Shown: positions 1 to 9,728 of the stretch, one piece after another
How the letters are laid out: every line of letters starts with the position of its first letter
Numbering within the stretch: the first letter of the stretch is position 1
Origin: an uncultured Candidatus Saccharibacteria bacterium
Lineage (GTDB): Bacteria > Patescibacteriota > JABMPQ01 > JAQVVF01
Direction: 5' to 3'
Assembly (NCBI GenBank): GCA_964574655.1
Contig: CAZNOH010000001.1
Span: forward strand, 265,852-329,851
DNA: 64,000 bases
Position numbers and translations under genes: made by a program
Notes under the pieces: generated by a model
What the model saw: only the letters and a program-made list of their open reading frames with translations
Databases searched by the model: none
Told to the model about the DNA's origin: nothing

Positions 1-676
1 AAGTGAGAAGGATATTGTTGAATCTGAAGCCAAGAAAGCTCCTGGTTTAGAATTGGCGAGATCAAAAGAATTAGATGGGCTTGTAAGTCGAGCTGATGAA
101 ATTGCTGATGATTTAAAAAATGATCGAAATATAAAAGCTGAAAAGCTGATTGGACTTGACGATGCTTTGGGAAAATTGAGAGTTAATTTTGGCGTGGAAG
201 GCGAAACTATGACAATTGCTGAATTAAAAAAGGTACCAGATGTTGCAGAGAATGCAAGAATTTATGGAAAAATAGAGCGTGCAGTTGAACAAAATAAAGC
301 TAATGGAATTGATGAAGTTACTTATCTTACTCCTGGCATAGCAAGAAAGTTGGTATCTGTTTTCAAGCCAAATCAGTCCATGTCTTTGAATAGTCTTGAA
401 GTAATGACTGATGAGGTGGCTGAAGTTTTGGGTCGAGCAGAAGGTATAAATATTCGATTGTCAAAATTAAATATTTTAACTGGAGGACAATTGCGAAGTC
501 TTTTAGCAAAAACTAATACGATTAGTTTGCGGGGTTTGGATATTGCGCGAGTTGATAGGGATTTAGTGATAACTATAAACCAATGTGCTGGAAGAATTAT
601 TATGAATGGTAAGCAGATTGATCAATTAAAAGAACTTTTTCCTCAGTTCAAATTTCCTAGAATTATGGGACATTAA
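1..676 (+). CDS. Hypothetical protein, 5'-truncated by the window; shared N-terminal module plus LRR-like C-terminus
   Basis: Frame is open from position 2 (SEKDIVESEAKKAPGLELAR...). Positions 11-61 are identical to 789-839 of the next gene. C-terminus has LxLxxL repeats. Confidence 0.8.
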   Translation, partial: SEKDIVESEAKKAPGLELARSKELDGLVSRADEIADDLKNDRNIKAEKLIGLDDALGKLRVNFGVEGETMTIAELKKVPDVAENARIYGKIERAVEQNKANGIDEVTYLTPGIARKLVSVFKPNQSMSLNSLEVMTDEVAEVLGRAEGINIRLSKLNILTGGQLRSLLAKTNTISLRGLDIARVDRDLVITINQCAGRIIMNGKQIDQLKELFPQFKFPRIMGH

Positions 677-752
677 TTAATAATTTTATATGCAAAAATA
701 TATTTTGGTAATAAATTCAGGTTTAATCTTTTAGATTGTTAAAGAAATTTTT

Positions 753-1400
753 ATGATAGAACATTTCGGCGAAAAAATTAGTCAAGCAGATATTGTTGAA
801 TCTGAAGCCAAGAAAGCTCCTGGTTTAGAATTGGCGAGAACGTCAGAATTAGATGAAGTCGTAAGTCAGGTTGACCAATTAGCTGGTGATTTAGAGAGTG
901 ATCGAAATATTCAAATTGAAAAGTTAATTGGGCTTGATGAAGCTTTGGGAAGATTGAAAGTTAATTTTGGGGCAAAAGGTGAGACGATGACAATTGCGGA
1001 ATTGAAAAAAGTACTAGATATTGAACACAATACTGGGATTTTTCGAGAGATTGAAGATGGTCATTTTGAACGAATTTCTAGGTTGACTTATATTACTCAA
1101 GATATAGCGAGAATATTATGTAAGCGACGAGGATTATTACACTTGGCCAATCTAACGTCAATTTCTGATGAAATTGCAGCGATATTTGGTCAGAAGATTG
1201 GCAACGGTATAGTTTTGTGGAATTTACGAAATGTTTCTGAAGCTCAAATAAGAAGTATGTGTCAAAATGGACGCAGTATTGGTTTGGATAGATTAGAAAA
1301 TTTGACGCCAAATTTGGCAAGATTATTGGATGAATTTGATAGAAATGAGCAGATTGATATGTCTGACAGTCTAAAAGAAAAAGTGGAAAAATTAATTTAA
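753..1400 (+). CDS. Paralog with shared N-terminal module and LRR-like repeats
   Basis: KKAPGLELAR...LDEALGRLKVNF...ETMTIAEL followed by LHLANLTSISDEIA / IVLWNLRNVSE / IGLDRLENLT repeats. Confidence 0.8.
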   Translation: MIEHFGEKISQADIVESEAKKAPGLELARTSELDEVVSQVDQLAGDLESDRNIQIEKLIGLDEALGRLKVNFGAKGETMTIAELKKVLDIEHNTGIFREIEDGHFERISRLTYITQDIARILCKRRGLLHLANLTSISDEIAAIFGQKIGNGIVLWNLRNVSEAQIRSMCQNGRSIGLDRLENLTPNLARLLDEFDRNEQIDMSDSLKEKVEKLI

Positions 1401-1404
1401 TCTT

Positions 1405-2526
1405 ATGAAATATATATTAGTCATAAATTCAGGTTCAACTTCTTTGAAATACAAGCTATTCTCTAATTTGCACGAATTAAGCACAAATAGCACAAATAAT
1501 TTGAAGACGATTAAATCTGGATATATCGAACACATTGGTGAGAATAAAGTAAAAAATCATGAGCAAGCTCTAGGAATTGTTTTGGAAGAAATAAAAGACT
1601 ATAAAGATAATATAATAAAAATTGGACATCGAGTTGTTCATGGCGGAACGAAGTTTATTGAGCCAACTAAAATTGATGATAATGTTTTGAAAGATTTGGA
1701 AGAAGTGAGTAAATTGGCGCCATTACATAATCCTGCAAATTTAATGGGAATTAAGGCAGCGATGAAATTATTGCCAAATGTTTTAAATATTGCTGTTTTT
1801 GATACGGCGTTTCATCAAAGTATTCCAGAAAAGGCGTGGAGGTATGGGATTAGTGATAAATATTTGAAGGACTATGGGATTAGAAGATATGGGTTTCATG
1901 GAATTTCACACGAATATGTTATGACGAGAATACAGAATTTAGAATTGAGAATAGAGAAGAACGAAACAAAAGTCCTCAATTCTCAATTCTCTATTCACAA
2001 TTCTCGTAAAATTATTTCTTGTCATTTGGGTGGCGGATGTTCGATTTGTGCAATTGAAAATGGAAAAAGCGTTGATACTTCAATGGGATTTACTCCGCTT
2101 GAAGGACTAGTGATGATGAGCAGATGCGGTGATATTGATCCGGCAATTGTGACATATTTAATGAAAAAAGAAAATTTAAGCGTTGATCAAATTGAAGAGA
2201 TTCTGAATTTTAAATCTGGAATTTTGGCATTGTGTGGTGAGACAGATTGGCTGAAAGTTTTAGAAAAAGTTAAAGCTAATGATAAATTGGCAAAAATGGC
2301 TTTTGATATTTTTGTTTATAGAATAAAAAAATATATTGGCTCTTACTATGCTATTTTGGGCGGACTTGATGTTTTAGTTTTTACTGGATCAATTGGGTCA
2401 GGCGATTCTTTGACTCGTGAAGCTGTTTGCAATGGTTTGTCATTTTTGAATAATGTTGAAGTAAAAGCAATTAAAACTGATGAAGAATTGATGATTGCGA
2501 AGAAAATTCTAAGCACAAAATTCTAA
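1405..2526 (+). CDS. ackA: Acetate kinase
   Basis: ILVINSGSTSLKY, GHRVVHGG, APLHNP, VFDTAFH, RYGFHGISH, DTSMGFTPLEG, TDEE motifs. Confidence 0.96.
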   Translation: MKYILVINSGSTSLKYKLFSNLHELSTNSTNNLKTIKSGYIEHIGENKVKNHEQALGIVLEEIKDYKDNIIKIGHRVVHGGTKFIEPTKIDDNVLKDLEEVSKLAPLHNPANLMGIKAAMKLLPNVLNIAVFDTAFHQSIPEKAWRYGISDKYLKDYGIRRYGFHGISHEYVMTRIQNLELRIEKNETKVLNSQFSIHNSRKIISCHLGGGCSICAIENGKSVDTSMGFTPLEGLVMMSRCGDIDPAIVTYLMKKENLSVDQIEEILNFKSGILALCGETDWLKVLEKVKANDKLAKMAFDIFVYRIKKYIGSYYAILGGLDVLVFTGSIGSGDSLTREAVCNGLSFLNNVEVKAIKTDEELMIAKKILSTKF

Positions 2527-2646
2527 ATTCTAAACAAATTCAAAGAACAAAAATATAAATTTTCAAAACTAGACGTTGTCGTTTTTGAGTTTGGAAATTT
2601 GAATTTTGGGTTTGTTTAGGATTTAGAGTTTAGGATTTATAATTTT
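2505..2646. repeat. Heptamer-repeat inverted hairpin element (CTAAATT/TTTAGGA family)
   Basis: Left arm ttctaaattctaaacaaatt contains the ackA stop; right arm tttgtttaggatttagagtttagg abuts the recJ start; GACG in the loop. Confidence 0.8.
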
Positions 2647-2655
2647 ATTAATTAT

Positions 2656-4374
2656 ATGGATAAACTTTGGCAGGTAAAAGAAAAAGTTAGTGAAGATTTT
2701 ATTAATAAATTTCCAGAATTCGATTCTATAGTTTTGCAATTGTTATATAATCGTGGAATTAGTAATCAAGAAAAAATTGATGAATTTTTTAATCCAGATT
2801 ATTCTCAAGATTTATACGATCCTTTTTTACTGAAAGATATGGATCGGGCAGTTGATAGAATTTTGCAGGCATTAAAAAATAAAGAGCGAGTGGGAATTTT
2901 TGGCGATTATGATGCAGACGGAGTGACTTCGTCTGTTTTGCTGACGGAATTGTTCAAGAAAATTGGTTTAGCTGGACAGGTTTATATTCCTGATCGAGTT
3001 TCAGAAGGCTATGGTATGAATAAAAAAGCAATTGATTGGCTGGCAAAAAAAGATATTAAATTAATTGTAAGTTGTGATTGTGGTGTTTCAAATAGAGAAG
3101 AGATTGATTATGCAAAAGAAAAATATGGGATTGATTGTGTGATTACCGATCATCATAATGTACCGTACGATTATGATGAAAAATATATTGTTGTTGACTC
3201 GAAAAGAAATGGCGATAAATATCCGTATAAAGAATTGGCGGGAGTGGGAATTACATTTAAGTTGGCACAGGCTATTTTTTCTCGAATAAAATCTCGAATA
3301 TCTTCGAATGCGATCTCTAATGATTTTGAAAAGAGTTTGCTTGATCTTGTGACGATTGGAACGATTGCAGATTGTTCGCCAATTATTTCTGAAAATAGGA
3401 CGTTAGTTAAATATGGATTAAAAATAATAAAAGAGACGAAAAGAATTGGTTTGCAAAGTTTAATGCAAATTGCCAGAGTTGATGCTAAAACTGTTGATAG
3501 TGATAGAGTTGGTTTTGCAATTGCACCAAGAATTAATTCAGCTGGTAGAATGGATCGAGCTTCAGCTTCGTATATGTTGTTAATTACTGATGATTTAGAC
3601 AAGGCGGTTTGGCTTTCTAAAAAAATTGATAAAACGAATTCAAGTCGTCAAGCTTTGACAAGCAAATTAGTTGATGAGGCAAAAAAGAAAATTGGTGATG
3701 TCAAAAATCAAAAAGTATTGATGGCATCTGGTTGGAAATGGCCATTAGGTGTTGTTGGAATTGTTGCTGGCAAAATTTGCGAGGAATATAATCGGCCAAC
3801 TTTGATTTGTGGCAAAGGTTTGATTGAATCTGTTGGTTCAGCTAGAAGCATTCCAGCTTTTGATATTATTTCTGCAATTTCGTCTTGCAAAGATTTGCTA
3901 TTAGAATATGGTGGGCATAAACAAGCAGCTGGATTTTCTTTAAAAAATGAAAACTTTGAAAAGTTTCATCATAAACTAGAAAAATTGGCGGATGATATAT
4001 TGACTGAAAAAGATTTACAGCCAGTGATTGAAATAGATAGTGAAGTTGATTTTAAAGATGTAAATTGGAATCTGTACGAAAAACTATTAGATTTTGAACC
4101 GCATGGAATTGGAAATCAAAAACCAGTTTTTTTGGCAAAAGATATTCAAGTTGTAAATGCTTACAATGTTGGTAAAACAAAAAAACATTTGAAAATGAAA
4201 ATTAAATTTGATTCTGATAGTCGAATTTTTGATGTAATTGGTTTTAATCACGGGCATCGTTTAGAAGAATTAAGCAGTGATAAGCGGATGGATATTGTTT
4301 TTCAGCTTGATTGCAATGAGTGGAATGGAGAACATATCTTACAACTTAGATTGATTGATTTTCGGATTGATTAA
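2656..4374 (+). CDS. recJ: Single-stranded-DNA exonuclease RecJ
   Basis: GDYDADG, DCG, TDHH, GTIAD, PRINSAGR, GSARS, GGHKQAAG. Confidence 0.96.
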   Translation: MDKLWQVKEKVSEDFINKFPEFDSIVLQLLYNRGISNQEKIDEFFNPDYSQDLYDPFLLKDMDRAVDRILQALKNKERVGIFGDYDADGVTSSVLLTELFKKIGLAGQVYIPDRVSEGYGMNKKAIDWLAKKDIKLIVSCDCGVSNREEIDYAKEKYGIDCVITDHHNVPYDYDEKYIVVDSKRNGDKYPYKELAGVGITFKLAQAIFSRIKSRISSNAISNDFEKSLLDLVTIGTIADCSPIISENRTLVKYGLKIIKETKRIGLQSLMQIARVDAKTVDSDRVGFAIAPRINSAGRMDRASASYMLLITDDLDKAVWLSKKIDKTNSSRQALTSKLVDEAKKKIGDVKNQKVLMASGWKWPLGVVGIVAGKICEEYNRPTLICGKGLIESVGSARSIPAFDIISAISSCKDLLLEYGGHKQAAGFSLKNENFEKFHHKLEKLADDILTEKDLQPVIEIDSEVDFKDVNWNLYEKLLDFEPHGIGNQKPVFLAKDIQVVNAYNVGKTKKHLKMKIKFDSDSRIFDVIGFNHGHRLEELSSDKRMDIVFQLDCNEWNGEHILQLRLIDFRID

Positions 4375-4431
4375 GTTGCTAAATTGTTCTATTGTTAAAT
4401 TGTTAAGAAATATTTTAAAAATAAAATAAAA

Positions 4432-5694
4432 ATGAGAAAAAAAATATGGTTTTTGTTTGTTGTAGTTCTTTTTGTGTTTTGTTTCGGTAAAATTAGTTTG
4501 ACGAACGCGGCGACGGGCGCGTGGGTAGATAAGACAGGAAATTTATCAGGATCTAGTATTTTTTCTATAATTCAAGCGACAGATGGCTCAATTTATGCGG
4601 GAGGATATGATTTTTCTTCTAGTTCAGCAAAAGTCTGGAGATATTCAGCAGGCGCATGGATAGATATTACGGGAACTTCATTAGAAACTCGGATTAGTTC
4701 TTTAATTCAAGCGGCAGATGGCTCGATTTATGCGGGAGGATTTCGTTGTATTGATTCGGTGGTTTGCAGCAGTACTTCTGCCAAAGTTTGGAATTATTCA
4801 GGAGGCGTATGGACAGATGTTACAGGAGCTTTGTCAGGATCTTCGATTAGTTCTTTAATTCAAGCGGCGGACGGCACTCTTTATGCAGGAGGAAAGAGCA
4901 ATGATTATCCTTGGGCGAGAGTCTGGAAATATTCAGCAGGCGCATGGCAAGATATTACGGGAACTATTTTAGGATCTAGTATTTTTACTTTAGCGCAAGG
5001 GGCTGATGGTTCAATTTATGCGGGAGGAGACGGCACTTCTGCTGGTCCAGCTAAGGTTTGGAAATATTCAGCAGGCGCATGGATGGATATCACAGGAGCT
5101 TTATATGGCGGAGCTGTTTCTTCTTTGGTCAGAGCTTTTGATGGTTCTATTTATGCTGGAGGAACTAGCGGTGATAATGCTATCGTTTGGAAATATACTT
5201 TTGATGTTTTAGAACAACAAGAATATAATCTTGAAAAAGGAGAGCGAGTTGTTTTGATGCAGGGATTAGATAATCAATCTATTTCTGGTCAAGATTTAGC
5301 AATTAATTTTACGAAACTTCCAACAAAATTAATCAAGAATAATAAATATTGGATGAAATGGAATAAACTAAGCAAATATCCAAATAAAACATTTTTGAAA
5401 AATTGGAAATTAACAACTAATCTTTATAAATATAAAGTTAAAAAATCATCACAGAAATTTAAAATTAAAGTTTCGTTTAATTATACCAAGAAAAATTTAA
5501 AGAAATTTTTAAAGAAAAATAAATCAGCGACAAAATCAAATTTAATTATGAAATACAAACAAGGCACTTCTTGGAAAGATATTACTTCAGTCTTTACTGA
5601 TGCCAAAGTTATAAAAAAGAATAAGAAATTCATTGTTAAATATTTCACTAATTTTCCGGTCAAGACTCAATATTTTGCGATTGGGGTTAAATAA
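4432..5694 (+). CDS. Secreted beta-propeller-repeat protein with Lys-rich conserved C-terminal domain
   Basis: Signal peptide; about 5 repeats of W.DITG...I.SL.QA.DGSIYAGG...A.VW.YS; C-terminus homologous to 49598..51226. Confidence 0.8.
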   Translation: MRKKIWFLFVVVLFVFCFGKISLTNAATGAWVDKTGNLSGSSIFSIIQATDGSIYAGGYDFSSSSAKVWRYSAGAWIDITGTSLETRISSLIQAADGSIYAGGFRCIDSVVCSSTSAKVWNYSGGVWTDVTGALSGSSISSLIQAADGTLYAGGKSNDYPWARVWKYSAGAWQDITGTILGSSIFTLAQGADGSIYAGGDGTSAGPAKVWKYSAGAWMDITGALYGGAVSSLVRAFDGSIYAGGTSGDNAIVWKYTFDVLEQQEYNLEKGERVVLMQGLDNQSISGQDLAINFTKLPTKLIKNNKYWMKWNKLSKYPNKTFLKNWKLTTNLYKYKVKKSSQKFKIKVSFNYTKKNLKKFLKKNKSATKSNLIMKYKQGTSWKDITSVFTDAKVIKKNKKFIVKYFTNFPVKTQYFAIGVK

Positions 5695-5744
5695 CTTCTC
5701 TAATAAAATCTCTAATTGATTTCTCTAATACCATCTCTAATTTA

Positions 5745-5777
5745 CAAAGCCGTAATTATTATTTACGGCTTTTTTTA
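5745..5777 (+). terminator. Intrinsic terminator
   Basis: aaagccgtaa-ttatta-tttacggcttt stem followed by a T-run. Confidence 0.7.
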
Positions 5778-5817
5778 TTTTTTGGTATAATTAAATATCA
5801 ATAACTAATAAAATAAA

Positions 5818-6258
5818 ATGTCAACAACAGATTATATAGACAGTAAAAAAACAAAAGAATTAGATATTTATACTGATGGAGGATCAAGAGGTAATCCTGG
5901 GCCAGCAGGAATTGGGGTTGTTATTTATAATTCTGATGGTTTAGCAGTTGAAAAAGTTTCTGAATTTATTGGTGAGGCAACAAATAATCAGGCTGAATAT
6001 AATGCGTTGATTGTTGGTTTGCAGGAAGCGCAAAATTATAAAGCAAAATCTGTTCATTGTTATTTGGATAGCGAGTTAGTAGTAAAACAATTGAAAGGAC
6101 AATATAAAGTCAAAAATAAAAACATGAAGCCTTTGTTTTCGGTTGTTCAAGGATTAATCAAAGATTTTGAAAGCGTGAAATTTACGCACATACTGCGTGA
6201 AAAAAATAAGGAAGCCGATAGATTGGTTAATGAAGCTCTTGATAAGGCGGAGAGTTAA
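5818..6258 (+). CDS. rnhA: Ribonuclease HI family protein
   Basis: YTDGGSRGNPGPAG, TNNQAEY, DSELVVKQ, NKEADRL. Confidence 0.9.
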   Translation: MSTTDYIDSKKTKELDIYTDGGSRGNPGPAGIGVVIYNSDGLAVEKVSEFIGEATNNQAEYNALIVGLQEAQNYKAKSVHCYLDSELVVKQLKGQYKVKNKNMKPLFSVVQGLIKDFESVKFTHILREKNKEADRLVNEALDKAES

Positions 6259-6382
6259 AAGTTATAAAGTTCATAAAGTTATAAAGTTCGTAAAGTTGAG
6301 CGATTGATTTGGAAATTGCTAAATAGTTTTATTATTTTCTTGTTTTGTTGTTTTATGGCTTAATCAAGCCTATAAAATTGTA

Positions 6383-6411
6383 TTGACAAAATTGTGTTTA
6401 TTTGATATCAT
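6383..6411 (+). promoter_or_regulatory. Sigma70 promoter of rnpB
   Basis: TTGACA-17bp-TATCAT just upstream of the P1 helix. Confidence 0.75.
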
Positions 6412-6417
6412 AATTTG

Positions 6418-6931
6418 ACTCAAGTAAGTTGAGTGATTGCTTCTCGCTATGTAAAAGTGGTGAGGAGAGGAAAGTCCGGGCATCAATTCGGAAGTCAGAT
6501 ATCGGATGTCGGAGGTCGGATCGTTCCGATTTCCGAAGCTCCGATTTCCGACTTCCGAATTAAGTGGTAGTTCCGAAATGGAACCAAGGATAAAAAGTAA
6601 TCTGTTCTTCTTAAGAGAACTGATTATTTTGAACCTAGGACAAGTACCACAGAGACATATACCGCCTAGCGCATTTATGTGCTAGGTAAGGGTGAAAAGA
6701 GTGGTTTAAGAGACCACAGATTGTTATGGTGACATAACAATAGGGCAAACTCTACCTGATGCAACCCAATATAAAACTGGGGCTTGAGCTGGCAAGCGAT
6801 TGCCAGCCTAGAGAGATAATCACTGAATCGCGAATTTACACAAATTTTTCACAAATGGTATTCGTGATATTTGTGCTATATTTGTGCAAATTCGCGATTC
6901 TACAGAACCTGGCTTATAGACTTACTTGAGT
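6418..6931 (+). ncRNA. rnpB: RNase P RNA with two repeat-hairpin expansions
   Basis: GAGGAAAGTCCGGG and ACAGAACCTGGCTTAT P4 signature, AGGGTGAAA, terminal P1 pairing actcaagtaagt/acttacttgagt. Confidence 0.93.
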
Positions 6932-7071
6932 TTTTTAATCGCGAATGTACACAAATTCACCACAAATATCACAAATGTTTTCAACAAGGGCTTGTTGATT
7001 TTTTTTATGTTTAAGGTTAGAATATTAATAGTTTACAGTTAATTATTTTCTAATAACTATCTTTTGTTAAC

Positions 7072-8457
7072 ATGAAACGATCCGAGTTATTTTTTACAGC
7101 TGTATTAGTTCCATTGGATTTTATAATGCTTGTTTTGGCAGCAATTTCTGCCTATTTTTTGAGGTTTACTACTTATTTTGTTGATATTAGAGAAGTAAAA
7201 TTTGATTTGCCTTTTTCGCATTATATTGTTTTTGTTGCTGTTATTGCTTTAACTTGGTTATTGATTTTTTCTTTTTTGGGACTCTATGATGTAAAAAAGA
7301 AAAGAAGATTTGTTGATGATCTCTATCTAGTGTTTGTTGCAGTCTCAACTGGCATGGCGGCAATATTTGCATATTTGTTTTTTTCTCAAGAATTATTTGG
7401 TTCGCGTTTTATTGTTCTAGTGGTTTGGTTTTTCAGCATTGTTTATGTTGTTACTGCTCGTCAATTTGTGAAGATTTTCAAAAAATGGCTTTATCGTTTC
7501 AATATTGGCGTTCATCGAGTTGTTTTAGTTGGCCTTAATCCAATCAGTCAAAGCATTGTTAAATATTTAACAGAAAAAAAATATTCTGGCTACAAAGTTG
7601 TTGCAAGAATTAAAAGTTTCGATGAGACAGTTGAAGGAACATTGGAGAGAATATCACAACGAAAAGGCATAGATGAAATTATTCAGATTGATCCAAAATT
7701 GTCGAAAGGTCAGGTTTTATCTTTGATTGATTTTGCTGATGAAAGAAAGATTGATTTTAAATATGCTCCGGATCTTTTTGGGACTCAGGCAACAAACATT
7801 GATGTAGAAACTTTTTATGGCGTGCCGATTGTTTGTTTAAAAAGAACACCATTGGATGGATGGGGCAGAATAATTAAAAGAATCGTTGATGTAATTATTG
7901 CTGTTATTCTATTGTTGATTTTGTCACCAATTTTTTTGATAGTTTCTATAATTGTAAAAATTGATTCAAGAGGTCCTGTGTTTGTGAGACTGAAACGTGT
8001 TAAAAAAGATGGAGAATTCTATATTTTTAAATTTAGATCAATGGTTAAGAATGCTCATAAAATGAAAGAAGAGCTATTGAAATACAGCGAGAGAAAGGGT
8101 CCGTTATTCAAGATGAAAGATGATCCAAGAGTTACAAGAATTGGCGGGTTTTTGAGAAAAACAAGAATTGATGAATTGCCACAGTTAATGAATGTTGTTC
8201 GCAACGAGATGAGCTTGATCGGTCCAAGACCGCATGAACCGCAAGAAGTAGAAAAATATACAAAACATCAAAGACGAGTTTTAGAAATTAAGCCTGGAAT
8301 GACAGGAATGGCGCAAGTTTCTGGAGCTTCAGATCTTAGTTTCAATGAAGAAGTCAGATTGGATACTTATTATATTGAGAGTTGGTCTTTGTTGTTAGAT
8401 TTACAGATTTTCTTGAAGACAATACTTATTGTTCTAACAATGAGAGGAGCAGCGTAA
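7072..8457 (+). CDS. Exopolysaccharide polyprenyl-phosphate glycosylphosphotransferase (WcaJ/CpsE type)
   Basis: 4 N-terminal TM helices; KRIVD, KFRSM, DPRVT, DELPQL, MSLIGPRP, KPGMTG.AQV. Confidence 0.92.
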   Translation: MKRSELFFTAVLVPLDFIMLVLAAISAYFLRFTTYFVDIREVKFDLPFSHYIVFVAVIALTWLLIFSFLGLYDVKKKRRFVDDLYLVFVAVSTGMAAIFAYLFFSQELFGSRFIVLVVWFFSIVYVVTARQFVKIFKKWLYRFNIGVHRVVLVGLNPISQSIVKYLTEKKYSGYKVVARIKSFDETVEGTLERISQRKGIDEIIQIDPKLSKGQVLSLIDFADERKIDFKYAPDLFGTQATNIDVETFYGVPIVCLKRTPLDGWGRIIKRIVDVIIAVILLLILSPIFLIVSIIVKIDSRGPVFVRLKRVKKDGEFYIFKFRSMVKNAHKMKEELLKYSERKGPLFKMKDDPRVTRIGGFLRKTRIDELPQLMNVVRNEMSLIGPRPHEPQEVEKYTKHQRRVLEIKPGMTGMAQVSGASDLSFNEEVRLDTYYIESWSLLLDLQIFLKTILIVLTMRGAA

Positions 8458-8459
8458 CG

Positions 8460-8584
8460 AATTTCTAATTTCTAATTTTAAATTTCTATTAAATTTTAAA
8501 TGAATAAATTTTTAAACTCTTGACGAAACTATTGTTAAGGTTTGAAAATTAAGTAATTAGAAATTTAATAGAAATTAGAAATTG
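8460..8584. repeat. Heptamer-repeat hairpin (AATTTCT/AGAAATT family)
   Basis: aatttctaatttctaatttt...tttaatagaaattagaaatt; near copy at 25256-25396; GACG in the loop. Confidence 0.8.
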
Positions 8585-8602
8585 ATAATTAAAAATTTTA
8601 AT

Positions 8603-9727
8603 ATGAAGGTCGCTTTAGTACATGATTTTTTAAATCAAGTTGGCGGGGCTGAAAAGGTCTTGGAAATTTTTCATGAAATTTTTCCAAGAGCTCCAGTATA
8701 TACTATCACTTACGATGAAAAAGAAACTCGCGGTGTTTTCAAACATCTGAACATCAAAACTTCTTTTATTCAGCGTTTGCCTTTTGGTGTGAAGCAATAC
8801 AAGTGGTATATATCAATGATGCCAGCAGCTATTGAGCAGTTTGATTTTTCAAAGTATGACATTGTTTTGTCTGATTGTTCTGCATTTTCAAAAGGCGTGA
8901 TTGTTAGACCAGAGACTTTGCATATAAGCTATGTTCATTCTCCAACAAGATATCTTTGGAATGATACTCATAGCTACACTGAAGAAATAAAACAGCCTGG
9001 CGTTATTAAAAAAATGTTGCCTTTGGTTTTGCAAAAGATTAGAACTTGGGACCAATTAGCGGCGCAAAGAGTTGATAAAATGATTGCTAATTCAAAAACT
9101 GTTTCTGAAAGAATTGAAAAATATTATAAAAGAAAAAGCGATATTATATATCCGCCTGTTGAGACAGGCAAGTATTATATTTCTAATGACATTGATGATT
9201 ATTTTTTGGTTGTTTCAAGACTTCGTCCTTATAAAAGGGTTGATTTAGTTGTTGAAGCTTTTAATGCTTTGAGATTGCCTTTGAAAGTTATTGGAACTGG
9301 CGAGGAATTACAGACTTTGAAAAAAATGGCAAATGATAATATCGAATTTTTAGGTCCTGTATCTGATAAAGAAAAAGCATATTATCTTTCAAGATGTAGA
9401 GCTTTTATACATCCACAAGAAGAAGATTTTGGTATTACTGCTTTGGAAGCAATGGCATCTGGAAGGCCAGTTATTGCTTATAAAAAAGGCGGAGCTGTAG
9501 AAACAGTAATTCCTGGGAAAACCGGTATCCTGTTTGAAGATCAATCTCCATGGAGTTTGGTTGATGCTGTGAGAGACTTTAAAGAAGAAGATTTTAATCC
9601 AGAGGAAATAAGAAAGCGCGCATTGGATTTTGATATCAAATTGTTCAAAGACAGAATAGAAAAATATATTTTTGATTCATATAAAAATTTCAAGAATAAA
9701 AGGGAAGATTATTATAAGGTTAGTTAA
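8603..9727 (+). CDS. Glycosyltransferase family 4
   Basis: MKVALVHDFL..GGAE; EDFGITALEAMASGRPVIA. Confidence 0.92.
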   Translation: MKVALVHDFLNQVGGAEKVLEIFHEIFPRAPVYTITYDEKETRGVFKHLNIKTSFIQRLPFGVKQYKWYISMMPAAIEQFDFSKYDIVLSDCSAFSKGVIVRPETLHISYVHSPTRYLWNDTHSYTEEIKQPGVIKKMLPLVLQKIRTWDQLAAQRVDKMIANSKTVSERIEKYYKRKSDIIYPPVETGKYYISNDIDDYFLVVSRLRPYKRVDLVVEAFNALRLPLKVIGTGEELQTLKKMANDNIEFLGPVSDKEKAYYLSRCRAFIHPQEEDFGITALEAMASGRPVIAYKKGGAVETVIPGKTGILFEDQSPWSLVDAVRDFKEEDFNPEEIRKRALDFDIKLFKDRIEKYIFDSYKNFKNKREDYYKVS

Positions 9728-9728
9728 C

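Noticed and set aside
6257-6297. Short tandem repeats (taaagtt; also gatattcg at 33561, cgctgat at 10876) as a CRISPR array
   Set aside because: Units are 7-12 nt without unique spacers, and there are no cas genes in the window
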